Shown piece after piece: positions 1-11,618 of a stretch of DNA of 64,000 nucleotides; position 1 is the first letter of the stretch; the number at the start of each line of letters is the position of its first letter. The stretch lies in the NCBI RefSeq assembly GCF_018977255.1, contig NW_024704761.1, positions 6,512,001 through 6,576,000 of the forward strand. The letters run 5' to 3'. Source of the stretch: Callorhinchus milii. Taxonomy: Eukaryota. Both the position numbers and the translations under genes were made by a program. The notes under the pieces were generated by a model. It ran no database searches. It saw only the letters and a list, made by a program, of their open reading frames with translations, and was not told the DNA's origin.

Positions 1-767
1 AGCAATTACATTGGCTTTCTGTCCTTCACTCCAGCATAATTCATACACCATAGCCTTTGTTTCCCTTGAAAAGATGACAAGGATATATAGGAAATGGAAA
101 CCATGGGTTATAGTAGGAGAGGAAGGCTTTTAGCAAGGTTGGGATTGAAATTGTTAAACATCACCAGGGGTTCCTCATTATAAAAATAATAATAATTTTA
201 GTATTTAATATAGCGCTTTATCATGTCACTGTCAAGTGAATTGACTATATTTTGTGGGCGAAATGCGACAGCCAGCATTATATCTATAATAGGAAGACTA
301 TCATCAACTAAGCAATATTAAGGTGTAATTTTTGCTGCCACTGAGTATCAAGTGGAATCAGAAATGTCTGTGCCCAGTCACTGGAATTCTAAGGGAAAGA
401 GAAATCTGCGATGTGGAGATGGCCTCTATTATCTAAGCCTCTGCAATGTAATGAAGGACAAGTGTAACTCTTTGAAGTTAAGAGCTGAGATGGCAGATAT
501 AGTAGAATTTTTTTTATCAAAGATATAGTTTAATGTAACTGACACATTGTGCTTTTCATAACAATTGCAGCAGAAGATGCAGCTGAGTTTATTGAGAAAG
601 CCAAGATTAGTAATGAAATAGTGGTTAAAAACTGAAGTGCTTGAATATTCAACCAGTAGTAAGAGCAATTTTAGCATGTCGAGGTATACTTCTTTCAAAA
701 TTTATTTTATTTAAGGAAATGAAAGCAGAAATGTTTCACTGCTCATTAAATAGAGGGGCCATATCAG

Positions 768-1290
768 AAGATTGGATAATAGCTAGTGCTTTTCCAATAT
801 ATAAAACAGGGTAATGATAGCATTCTCAGAATTACAGATCTTTCAGTTTGACATCTATAATAGGGAAACTGTCATTGAGGAAGCAATTTAAGTGGAATGA
901 ACAAGGCTAAAGGCAATACTTACAATGGGTTTATGAAAGGCAAGTCATGCCCAACAAATTAACCGGGATTCCTTTTGGATGGAACAGAATTGGCAGATAT
1001 TATATCCTGTATTTTCATTTTCAGAAGGTTTCAGTAACATGCCCTGTAACATGTGGTTGAAGTGATGCTCTTGGGTTTTTTAAAAAAAGGAAACTATGTT
1101 AAATCGGCTCAAACAAGACCAGTGATTGATTGCAACCATTCGTGTTGGATTGTTGAGACCAGTGGAGTCAACTAAGATTCAGACCTGATGTCAATGCTGT
1201 TCACAGCATGCAGAAATGATTTAGATGAAAGTACTAACAATTTTCAAGGCTTTAGTTTGCAAATTACAGTACTTTTGGAAAAAAGGGACG
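768..1290 (+). mobile_element. Degenerate CR1-type LINE ORF2 (reverse transcriptase) fragment
   Basis: Decayed translation follows the CR1 RT motif order: DW..A...PIYK.G (gattggataatagct...ccaatatataaaacaggg), NYR..SLTSIIGK (aattacagatctttcagtttgacatctataatagggaaa), GFMKGKSC.TN (gggtttatgaaaggcaagtcatgc), then TSGV and NDLD. It carries many stops and indels. Confidence 0.75.
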
Positions 1291-1303
1291 ATAAGCTTGT
1301 CAG

Positions 1304-1640
1304 ATAATAATAAACCTTGCATTTGATAAAGTGCCTTATCACATCTTCGAGACATGTCAAAGCACTTCACAGAATATACTGTAATATAATTGACTGTAAG
1401 TTTTGTAGGTGAAACGCGGCAGCCAATTGCGTACGGCAGTGTCCCACAAACAGTCGTGGATTGAGTGACCAATTTTTATTTGAGGCATTATTATCCCCGG
1501 AAAAGCGATCCACCAATCGACTAACAACCGAGTTCCTTCTTACTGCTCGGTAAACAGAGGTATGTGGAGTAAGGAAACTTGTCCAATGTTTCGCCCTGCC
1601 GGGAATTGAACACAGATTTCTCGCTTGCGAGGTGAGTGCT
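1304..1640 (-). mobile_element. tRNA-derived SINE, long subfamily, missing the first ~20 nt
   Basis: Reverse complement of the family body; (AAT)n tail at 1304 and B-box region gggaattgaacacag near 1600. Confidence 0.9.
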
Positions 1641-1711
1641 GAGATGGTAGTTTCAAAGAAATTACAGCGTCTCATGAAAAAACATGACCTCCTGCCGACT
1701 GCTACAGATAA

Positions 1712-2086
1712 GAGTCCTGTAGCTTAGTGATTAGAGCACTTGCCTCACAAACGAGAGGACCTGGGTTCGATTTGAGGGCAGGACAAAAAGTTTGGCAAGT
1801 TTCCTTACTCCACACGCTTCTGTTTACCTAACAGTAAATAGGAACCTGGTTGTTAGTTGATTGGCGGATTACTTTTCCAGGGGTAATAATTCCTTCAAAA
1901 AAAAATTGGTCACTTCAATCCACGATTGTTTGTGGGACACTGCTGTGCATAATTGGCTGTCACGTTTTGGCCACAAAATATACAATCAATTCACTTGACA
2001 GTATATTCTGTGAAGCACTTTGACACATCTCGAAGATGTGATAAGGCGCTATATCAAATGCAAGGATTATTATTGTTACTATTATT
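1712..2086 (+). mobile_element. tRNA-Ala-headed SINE, long subfamily, full length
   Basis: Starts GAGTCCTGTAGCTTAGTGATTAGAG (A box), contains GGTTCGATT (B box) and the TTGGCAAGTTTCCTTACTCCACAC body, and ends AAATGCAAGG(ATT)n. Confidence 0.92.
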
Positions 2087-2649
2087 CACGCAAGCTGAAT
2101 TTTATTCTACTTCCGTTATTCCTTGCTTTTAATGTTTTATTCTCTTCTCCAATGTTTCGCTTTTCACACCAACATCTTTCTAGTCTTTTACTTTTCTACC
2201 TTTCCGTCCCTTATTGCTGGTCTTAAACTCCATCTCCAGCCCCACCGACACGCGCTGCCTCTCCCTCTACATCTCTCTCTTTGTCTGTCTCTGTCAAGAT
2301 CAGTATTTCTCCTTCTTGTTGGTTGTGTTTCCGCCTTACAACTTGGTGTTCCATCTCTCTTCCCTGACCTCACTCCTCAGCTGTCAACACACGACTGAGA
2401 ACAGATACCAGGTACAGTGCTGCATGGCTGGTTTCCCTGACATCAAGTCTCACCCACTCAATGGCCACCATCTGCTTGAGTGAAGGAAGTTTGTTTTTAA
2501 GCTATGATCAACTTCATCTAAAACGAACTTAAATGTTGGAAAACATGCTCTAAATACAGTGAATGTCTTGAAGCCGGAACCTAGACAAGTAAATTAGCTT
2601 CTTTCCCCAACAGAAGGGAGTTTCTGTTGTTGTCCTGTCCAACAATCCC

Positions 2650-2827
2650 CCCAAATAAAATTGGCCATTCATTTCATGGCTGTTTGTAGGACATTGCTGC
2701 GCACAACTTTGCTGCTGCATTTGCCTACATGTGACATTCACTCCCTTTCACAGTAAATTCTGTGAAGTGCTTTGCGACGTCTTTCTGACGTGATAAGGAG
2801 CTATACCAACTGCGAGGATTATTATTA
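2650..2827 (+). mobile_element. SINE 3' half, diverged
   Basis: ctgtttgtaggacattgctg...gtgaagtgctttgcgacgtc...gcgaggattattatt matches the family 3' half. Confidence 0.8.
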
Positions 2828-4042
2828 CAATTAATATGTAAATACAACATCAATACAGTACAGGAGCTTTTAATGATGAGCCAGTTGCACAAGGCGAGAT
2901 CTCCAAGGCAAACTTGCCCACCTCCCGCTCCCTCATTGGAAGTTGGGAAGAAAATTCAAATGCACAGGAAGCCATGTCTTTGTGAATTCCTCTCTCGCCT
3001 ACAGACAAGGACAGTAATACACATAAATCTGCACCTTTTTAAATGAGCGGATTTTTAAAATTCTTCAGTAAGGAAGGATTCCCTCTCTAGCTCAGGTACC
3101 AGATAGCTTCTCCGGTTCCTGGAGTGGCAGCAAATAGACTGCAAGGTCCGTTAGTGCTCACTCAAAGAACAACAACATATAAACCAGGCATTATTTTCTG
3201 ACCTTGAAGATGCAGAAGTTCAGGTTTAATTCAATGCTTGCTCTACCTTCAGTTTTTCTGTCAGAAAATACTGGAGAATTTGATAGGGTGTATATATTAT
3301 TTATATTTTTATAGACTATTGTATGGTATTATATCATCTGATTTATGGCAAGGTCTGAATTCCCCTGGCTGTTATAATTACGTTTTCTTCTCCAGCTCCC
3401 AGTGTTTCTTGCAGCTTCTGGTTTGATTCCCCGATTCAGAACTTTACATCACCTGACGGTGCTATTGGTTTTACTACCGAGTGCTTTTGCTACAGAAATC
3501 ACTGAAAGGCTTTAGTTTTGCTTTCTAAAGTACGGACTAATTGGATTCTGTAGCAGCTTCTCCTCCGAACCTAATCTGAAACAAAAGAACTTGTCAGCTT
3601 TATGCGGAATTTGTTTCGACATTGAAGTGGAAGGAAATTTCATTACCAGCAACAAAGCTTTAAGAAATGCTAGTTTATAACATTGCCACTGCTTGCTGTG
3701 AGATACAAATAAATTCAGTTTTTATGAGTTCCTACAGATTAATGTTATCAAAACTTTTTTTTAAAGAAAGAACCAAAATAAATACCCTGCATCTAATGTT
3801 CCCCAAGCTGAGAAATAAGAGTGCAGGCCTGGGAATGCATGTAACATCTTTAAAGGCTTAAACTCGGATTAAAACACCAAAACCTAGATAGTGAGCTGGG
3901 AAAGCCTATCTGCCAACTAGCCAGGAGCAAGTGACAATTGAAATGAAAGGCAACTTGCCACCTCACAAGGAATATTTCTAGTTTTCCCCAGCTTCCCATG
4001 TTGTAAGTTGTATTTCCAATGCAAAGTGACAAAAGAATGCAT

Positions 4043-4062
4043 ACACACACACACACACACAC
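4043..4062. repeat. (CA)n microsatellite
   Basis: Run acacacacacacacacaca read directly. Confidence 0.9.
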
Positions 4063-4284
4063 AACACAGACAGACGAGCATAATAGTTGCATTTGATACA
4101 GCATCAGGAGGACCAACTCAAAGCGCTTCCCAGGTTTTACTGTAAAGTTTAGTGACTGTGTATTTTGTGAGTGAAACATCGGCAGGCAGAATTTATAATA
4201 ATGCAGTGAATCTTACTATATCTTAACATTACATTCCTATAGCCTGTTGCAACACTTTCCACTCCACCAACTCGCTCCCTGAAT

Positions 4285-4604
4285 ATAATAATAATAATCC
4301 TTGCATTTGATGTAGCGCTTTTCACGTCAGGAGGACGTCCCAAAGCGCTTCACAGAACACACTGTAAAGTGAATTGACTGTATACTTGTGGGTGAACGCG
4401 GTAGCCAATTGCGCACAGCAATGTCCCACAAACAGTCGTAGATTGAAAATGACCAATTTATTATTGTTTTTGGTTTTGGAGGGATTATTATTAGGCTGTG
4501 TGTGGAGTAAGGAAACTTGCCCAAGGTTTCGCCCTCTGCCTGGAATTGAACTCAGGTCTCTCGCTTGCAAAGTGAGTGCTCCAACCACTGAGCTACAGGA
4601 CTCC
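4285..4604 (-). mobile_element. tRNA-Ala-headed SINE, short subfamily, full length
   Basis: Ends agctacaggactcc (the head, reverse complement). It lacks the TCTGTTTACC...CGCTTTTCCGGGG segment and has the tail variant GGGACGTCCTCCTGACGTGAAAAGCGC. Confidence 0.92.
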
Positions 4605-6142
4605 ACGTATACTGACAGTGTATTTTATTCCCTGTCCTTTAAATATCATTTGGTTCAATTTAATAAATCCCTCGAAGGCAAGTTCATCCTGGTCAAACAT
4701 TTTGGTTGGCCATCAGAGCGCTCATCTTTTCCAAAGATCGCCTGGGAATTCTCTAAAGGTAACAATGATAAGTGAAATAAAAGGTTTAAATCTGGTCAGG
4801 TTGAACGAAAGCATCGACCAATGTAAAGTATTTACACTGCAAGAAAAATGAACTATTCAGCCACTTCTAGAATTAATGACAAACTGACTGACGACTGTCG
4901 ATTCTAAACAAGTTGAAGCAAGCGTGGAATGTGGATACATTGAATCACTGCAGGTACTGTAGAAATCCTGCAAATCTAATAAAGTGCCTAGCACACATTC
5001 CTAATCTCAATCGAATTTACCATCGCAGGTAATGATAAACCATTGTTGCCAAGGATAACTAAAAGAACTGACAGTTACAGAATGTAAAATGTAGCTCAAC
5101 AACAGCCTCTGTGAGAGGTGAGTGGACCTTAGCGAGCGGATGGGAGGATTGCAGGTTCCTGATCTTCAGCAAAAAGATACCCAGTGGAGCAACTTGATGG
5201 ATCAGGAATAGGAACCACGGGGTGGGTAAAAATTCTGCTCACACAGTAACTGGGCCATTAAATCCCATTAAAGTACACCAGCGCCAAAATCAATGGGTGT
5301 AAAGTTCCCTTCTTTAAGACAGACCAACTGTGGTTCTCTCCTTCTCTGGCTCAGATCAGATGGAATTCGGGGCCTGTAAGCCTCACCTGCTGACTGGGAC
5401 TCACTGAGCTATCAGGAAACCGCACGGCAATTTTACAGTGAATAACATCTCCAAGCTGCGTCTCTCTGCGTGTTTGTGGGGAATCTTGCCTAAGCAAAGT
5501 GTGCCAAACATACTTTCTGATTTAGAACCTTCAAATCCCACAGGAGTGTGATGAAGATGGATTTTTAAAAATAACACAACAATGGGCTTATGAAAATAAC
5601 TTTCCCCCACACAAAAAAAAAGCTGTTACAATTGCTTTAAACCCCAACAGCTGCCAGTGTGGCAAATCCAATGCAAAACATGCCAACAGGCTGACTGTTT
5701 GAGTGGGCTGAAGGGCAGTCTAATGTGGAACAGGGCAGCACATGTGCTGAATCAATAAAAGCAGGGAAATTTGGATTCCCTGATCCAGTGCATTTCAACT
5801 CGAGTCAGACACCCGGCTGCTGGCCACCTACAGACATCATGTGATTTCACAGACGTATTTTGAGATGTGAAGTTATGCTGGCTCCTGCAGCCTGCTTCAT
5901 TAACCCCCTCCTTTTCACAACATCACAAAACCGACAATCCTCCCCAAGGCTTCACAGACAGTTGGAGATTTTCTTTTTAGTTTTCAATTTAATCGTCGTC
6001 AGCTGGAAGTCAATTTTGAATTGAAACGTTTATCAGTTATTAAGATAAATCTTTAAGGACAACTCAAAGCCTTGGTGACAGCCCTGGTGCGATGCTGAAC
6101 ACACGCGGAAATCAGATAGAAGACTTCATAACAACTATATAT

Positions 6143-6360
6143 TAATAATCCTTATGCTTGATACTGTGCCTGATCACATCGGTGCTTCACAGGATACACG
6201 GTAAAGTAGCGTGAGTGTGTATTCTGTGGGCGAAACTCAGCAGCCAGTTGGTGCAACAATGTCCCACAAAACAGCCATTGACCGATTTTATTTGGACACC
6301 GGGAGAAACTCCCTTCTCCTTTTAAATAGTGCCATAGGATGTTTAACATCCACCTGAATG
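6143..6360 (-). mobile_element. DeuSINE-like element, 3' part
   Basis: Family-type tail followed by ggacaccgggagaaactccc...aatagtgccataggat...atccacctga, the reverse complement of a Deu-domain-like segment. Confidence 0.7.
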
Positions 6361-6861
6361 AAGTGGGGGTGTGGGGGGAATAACTGAACACATGCCATAC
6401 ATATCACTGACTCCAGGGAACCTCCCTGCTCCAAACAATGCAAGTGATGTAAATAAGTCAGACTTCTGGTTTTCTGCAATGAGCAATCTGTTAAGAAATA
6501 CCACGAAACAGACCTCAATATATACACTTGTCATCTTCCTTTTGCGAAAATACGTATGTTCTTATATACTTTGTCAGTGCCATTAAGCAAAAGAGGGGTG
6601 GGGTGGGGGGTGGTGGTCGATTAGAATGTTAATAGCCCTTTGATCCTCTCAGTCTGAAAGCAGAATTTCATTTAGTGGAGTATTTTTCACTCACTGCGGT
6701 GTGGGTTTCAATCTATGCAACAATTCAGAAAAAATGCTTTAGCGAAAAAGTCAGAAATCACGAAGCAGATCTTCCTTGGATTTAGTTTGTCCACAGTTGC
6801 AAACTAAGGTATAGAAGCAGTGGTGTGTGGCCCTGGAATATATAAATGACTGAAATAAAAT

Positions 6862-7035
6862 ATTAATGATAATCCTTAGATTTGGTAGCGAGCCTTTCCC
6901 GTCGAAAAAGCATCATAAAGCGTTTCACACGATATAATAATAATCCTTGTATTTGATGTAGCGCCTTATTACATCTTCGAGAAGTCTCAAGGCACTTCAC
7001 AGAATATACTGTATACAGTGACTGTGTTTTGCAGA
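6862..7035 (-). mobile_element. Two tandem SINE tail fragments
   Basis: Two aataatcctt...atttg...agcg tail motifs, near 6865 and 6938. Confidence 0.7.
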
Positions 7036-7177
7036 CAGAAAGAAGGCAGGAAAGATTGATAAACTATTTGAAAACAGAGGCTGCTTTCCTGGTAATTCAC
7101 TGACAGAAAGAATAACAGATATTGGAGCATTTGAGACACGAGGCCATATACCTTACAGATCGAGCACTGCACCTTTC

Positions 7178-7467
7178 ATAATAATAATAATCCTTGCATT
7201 TGATATAGCGCTTTTCATGTCTTCTTGACGTCCCAAAGCGCTTCACAGAATAGACTTTGTGGGCGAAACAAGGCAGCCAATTGGGCACAGCAGTGTCCCA
7301 CAAACAGTCGTGGATTGAAAATGACCAATTTATTATTGTTTTGTTTTGGAGGGATTATTATTAGGCATGTGGAGTAAGGAAACTTGCCCAAGGTATCGCC
7401 CTGTCTGGAATTGAACCCAGGTGTCCCGCTTGCAAGGCGAGTGCTCTACCACTGAGCTACAGGACTC
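7178..7467 (-). mobile_element. tRNA-headed SINE, short subfamily
   Basis: Runs from the (AAT)n tail to cactgagctacaggactc. Confidence 0.92.
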
Positions 7468-7794
7468 TACCTCATCTGCAGTACCTCAGTCCAGCTGTGC
7501 CTGTTGGGCTAACTCTTCTTTAACAGTATGACACCCAGGAACTGAAGAAGAAGAAATTCCAGCAACCAAAAGGTTAAAGAGTCAAAGGCATTGTACTTTT
7601 TGGTTAAGCTCTAAAGTGCAAAACTGCTGCATGAATTGCTGTCAGTTTTGAGGCCGAAGTCTCGGTTGATTGAACAATGCCGCCAGGCTGTTGCGTTTTA
7701 AGACTTACAATGGACTTGGACTCTCCTTCGGAGCCCTCAGTGCTACTGCATCAGTTAAATGTAGAAATCAAACATCTGAACAGATCTGCAAGCC

Positions 7795-7960
7795 ACGTCT
7801 CAAGACCCTCCTCTTCGATTGCGCCATTGGAGACCCTCCCTGATCCTTACCCCTCCCCCTCACCCCCCGCTCGGGTCCGAGTCCCTGACTGTCCAGTGCC
7901 TTGGGCCGTCCTCCTGGCGTGAGAGGCGCTATACAGATGTAATTTTGTATTGTGTCTTGT
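7795..7960 (+). mobile_element. L2-type LINE 3' end
   Basis: ctcaagaccctcctcttcgattgcgcc (LKTLLFDCA) followed by gtgccttgggccgtcctcctggcgtgagaggcgctatacagatgtaattttgt; same as the 3' end of the L2 at 22755-23440. Confidence 0.85.
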
Positions 7961-9727
7961 GGTGGGACTCAGAAATCAGAACAATCCCCCCCCCCCATAC
8001 CCTTCGAAGCATTCAGGCCACCATTGTCCTGAACTAGGTAACTGGGTGTTTCAGAAGAAATTTAACCAAGGTGCAGTTTACTGCAGGGAAGGGCGGGAAA
8101 GGAAAGCATGTAGAACAGTGCATATAAAATATGTGTTCCTTCCATATGGGAGACAAGACAGATTGGCTAATTGAGAGTAATATCAGCCGGGGGGACAGAT
8201 TAGAAACTGCAGCAGGTGGTCTGGTAATGCTTCCTGCTCCCTTCAAGCAGACAGGTCACCAGAGACACACAAAATAAGTGAAATTTTGTTTGCATAGAAA
8301 GCAGTAAAGGCTTCCTGCGCAGTTTTGCAAGACATTTAATTTCCTTTTTTTTGGTAAAATAATCAAACTTTTCCAAATTTCAAAAGATTTGATATTGAGG
8401 CGTGTGAGCCAAGTTATTTTTTTGTGCGCGCGTGGTGAAACAAAACCTTTCAGTCAGAGCAGAGTATCTACGACAGCTTTCCAAAGATTAATTAATGAAT
8501 TAATTAACCGGAGATTTCAGTGATGCTGGATCACGCCTTTTAATGTAATTTCCCGCTGAACTAAGGTTGTGACCAAGTGGAATCAAACGACGACAGGAGG
8601 GCAATGAATGCAAAAAGCCACATTTTATCATTAAAGTAAATAGCAAGTGTGTATATTTCTTAATAGCAGTTAGTTACATGCTGTGAAGTATTGATATTGT
8701 GCACCAAGCCCCCTGAAATGTAGTGGAGTATTTCAATGCTCAGCCATTAAATATGATAATGTTGGCATTTTTCCATTTGAACTGCAGAGATCATTCTTAA
8801 CTCTTTGCGGGGTCTGGTAAAAAAAAACAGGACAGAGCTATAAAGCAATGTCCCTCCATCCAGTTAGTTTAATTCATCTGCCACCTGGCGCCAGCACCCA
8901 ATCTTTCGCGGAACTTAAAAGTTCTTCATCAATTTGACGAGCGGTTCCGCACTTAAACTGATCTGCTAGTCCGTTAGTATCACCACAGCTGTTAATAAAA
9001 ACCTTTCAGTGGAAATGGACCATGCACACAGATCATCAGGGATTATAATCAGGCTTTAAGTGCCTAACTTTCATTAGGTTTGCACCAGAAAATGTGCAAT
9101 GGGTGATGTATGTTGGGATTATTACTGGATCATCCCTTCCCTTCCCCATCCCACCCCAAACAGAAAAGGTACACAGTTAAATGCTTGCACTTTACTTCTG
9201 GTTAAATTAATGTTATCTGCTGTCGAAAAGGGACAGGCTTCCTTTCAGCTCCGATTCCTTTGATCCCAAAATGATGCTGTACTGTTGAGACTCATTCTGA
9301 AAATGGGCTCTTAATCTAGGTTTCACCGTTGAGAGAAGATCTGGCACTGTCTGCGGAAGACTTTAATGAGGCTTGAAAGGACTCCTCACTTGAACACTAC
9401 ATGTGCCTGTAAGTGACAATGAGGCACACGTTCTTTACAGTTTACAATGAACTTGTGATCATGTTCTCGGTGAGATTACAGGCACCCTGGACTGCTGGCA
9501 ACATGAACATCGTGCAGATACTCTGAGGATTGGTGCGAGTCCATTTTGATTATTACAGCAATTGTTTTTAATCCAACTGTTGTTTCATTAATTATTTCCT
9601 CTGTTAATAATTCACCATCATAAGTTTAAAAGATGAAAACCTTGCAGGATGAAACTATTCTATATTGGGTGTGGCACTGGCAATGATATTGTCTTCAGGT
9701 TAAAGACTTCTTGAGCAAACACAGTTT

Positions 9728-9841
9728 CTAGTCTGGCCTATTCAGTGTGATCTGACTGAACTATCCTGATTAAACATTGCCCAGAACAGGTTAAGTCTAC
9801 TTATACAGAGGGAGACAGATCACATAGCCATGCCAGACTAG
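9728..9841. mobile_element. Small terminal-inverted-repeat (MITE-like) element
   Basis: CTAGTCTGGC...TGTGATCTG at the left end is complementary to CAGATCACA...GCCAGACTAG at the right end. Confidence 0.5.
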
Positions 9842-10196
9842 TTATCAAGGTGAGATTCCCTAACTGGTCAGTCTCACAGTGCAACACAGTGTCACTATGT
9901 ACAATCTACAATCTTTGGTAGTTCTGGATATTAAGAGTAGATCAGATGAGAGGTTCCGGTGAAGAAGACCATTCTATCTCACCTTTCCCAAACACACACC
10001 CAACCATTATAGCAACGAGCTGTTTCTTAAACAGATACAAATGGCCATCGTTAGAGGCAAAGGAGTTACTTTCTTTCTCCATTGATTCCATATAGCAGCT
10101 GTGATTGAAGTTGGCATGCGCCCCAGTCATTCTCAAAGCAGCCTTCCATTGATTCACTGCAGCACAGGTTCGAAAGATACCTTCGGAGCAACTTAC

Positions 10197-10272
10197 TTGC
10201 ACATTGTGATGGAGCGTTGCCTGGGCAACACCGTTAATGGTGTTTGCTGACAGCAAGTGGCACCACACACAG
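10197..10272 (-). CDS. Candidate short exon (unverified)
   Basis: Acceptor ttcgtttgctcccaaAG and donor CAA|GTAAGT; open in two frames (CVWCHLLSANTINGVAQATLHHNVQ or VCGATCCQQTPLTVLPRQRSITMC). No homology recognised. Confidence 0.15.
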
Positions 10273-10782
10273 CTTTGGGAGCAAACGAATATTTACTGGC
10301 ACTTCTTGTTGCCTGCCTCTGATACTTTGGAAACAGACAATTGGTTGTGACCTTTCTGTAGCAGTGAGATGCAAGTCTCTCAGGAGGTTTTGAAAACCCT
10401 TCGGAGCTAAAAGCTCTGACAAAAATAGAAATGGACTTGTTTTTGTTGGAATAATCAGCAATACGGTTCCACAAATATGTCTTCGGCCAGCACCCGACCA
10501 TCAGTCACTTCTGACGCACGCACACACACACAGGGCAAAGTACAATACGTGAGATGGGTTGGAACATGCAAGGACCTTTTCACCCTCTCCTCCCACTGCA
10601 GCTCTTACCGTGAAAAAATATTATTCCCAAGTTTCCGCTGTTTGGCTTCACACGTTTGGCACTGTGAGAAACAACAAAATTACAAACAAAAGCAAAGAGT
10701 CGGTTCTCTCAGGACAAAGTCAGAGCAGCAAGTGAAAAGTTGCAAACACTGAATCTCCGTCACAGAAAACAGACACGCTTTT

Positions 10783-11050
10783 GCAACAACAACTTGCATT
10801 TAATTAGCGCACCTCACGCAGGGAAACATCCCAGAGCGCTCGACAGTCGAGGAGCATGACGCCAAGCTGAGTAGAAGTGGGGAGGTGAGGAAGGTCTTCA
10901 GGCATAACCTGAACATGGGGAAGGAAGGGGCCAAGGCTGAGGGATAGAGGAAGAGTGTTCCAGAGTTTCAAGGCATAGTGGCTAAAAGCACGACCACCGA
11001 TGGTGGAAAGGAGGGCACCAGGGAACAGTAGGAGGCCGGAGCCAGTCGAG
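10783..11050 (-). mobile_element. L2-type LINE 3' fragment, diverged
   Basis: caacaacaacttgcattt...cccagagcgctcgacagt...gaaggtcttcagg...gttccagagt...ccaccgatggt; colinear with 55453-55790. Confidence 0.75.
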
Positions 11051-11459
11051 GGGAGGAAACGTCCCTTTCCATCCTATTCTCCGCAGAAAAAAATTCCGGT
11101 CTATCAAAATCCGTGAAAGGACAGCACTGCTCCATCCTTTGCAGCAACAGATATCTGCCGAGGAATAAAACAACTCATCCCCACCAGATTTATAAGTATA
11201 ATAAAAATAAAACTATTTCAGAAGCCACAGGGGTCTCCTGGGTCAATTACTCTGCAGAAAACTGACAGGCTGCGGTAATAGGATTCAGCAGAAGCTAAAG
11301 TGAGTAAAATATTGTTTTTGTACCATCACCATGGTCGAACTGAATCTTACACTACATTTCATTTGTTCTGTGATTCACATTAACACAAACGGTAATTACC
11401 AATTATTTTCTCCTTATCTGATCCTATTTGGCCTGACTGGTAACCTGCAGCTAACCCAC

Positions 11460-11618
11460 AATAATAATCCTTGCATTTGATATAGCGCCTTATCACATCT
11501 TCGAGACGTCTCAAAGCACTTCACAGAATATCCTGTAAAGTGAATTGACTGTGTATTTGTGGGCGAAACGCGGTAGCCAATTGCGCACAGCAGGGTCCCG
11601 CAAACAGTCGTGGATTGA
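11460..11618 (-). mobile_element. 5'-truncated SINE
   Basis: aataataatccttgcatttgatatagcgcc...aaacagtcgtggattgaa. Confidence 0.9.

Noticed and set aside
4374..4775. Apparent paralogous proteins (MTVYLWVNAVANCAQQCPTNS..., also 58902-59252 and related ORFs)
   Set aside because: The similarity arises because these ORFs read through copies of the same SINE.
9313..9408. Plus-strand exon candidate (ctAG ... CCT|GTAAGT)
   Set aside because: Stops occur in all three frames.
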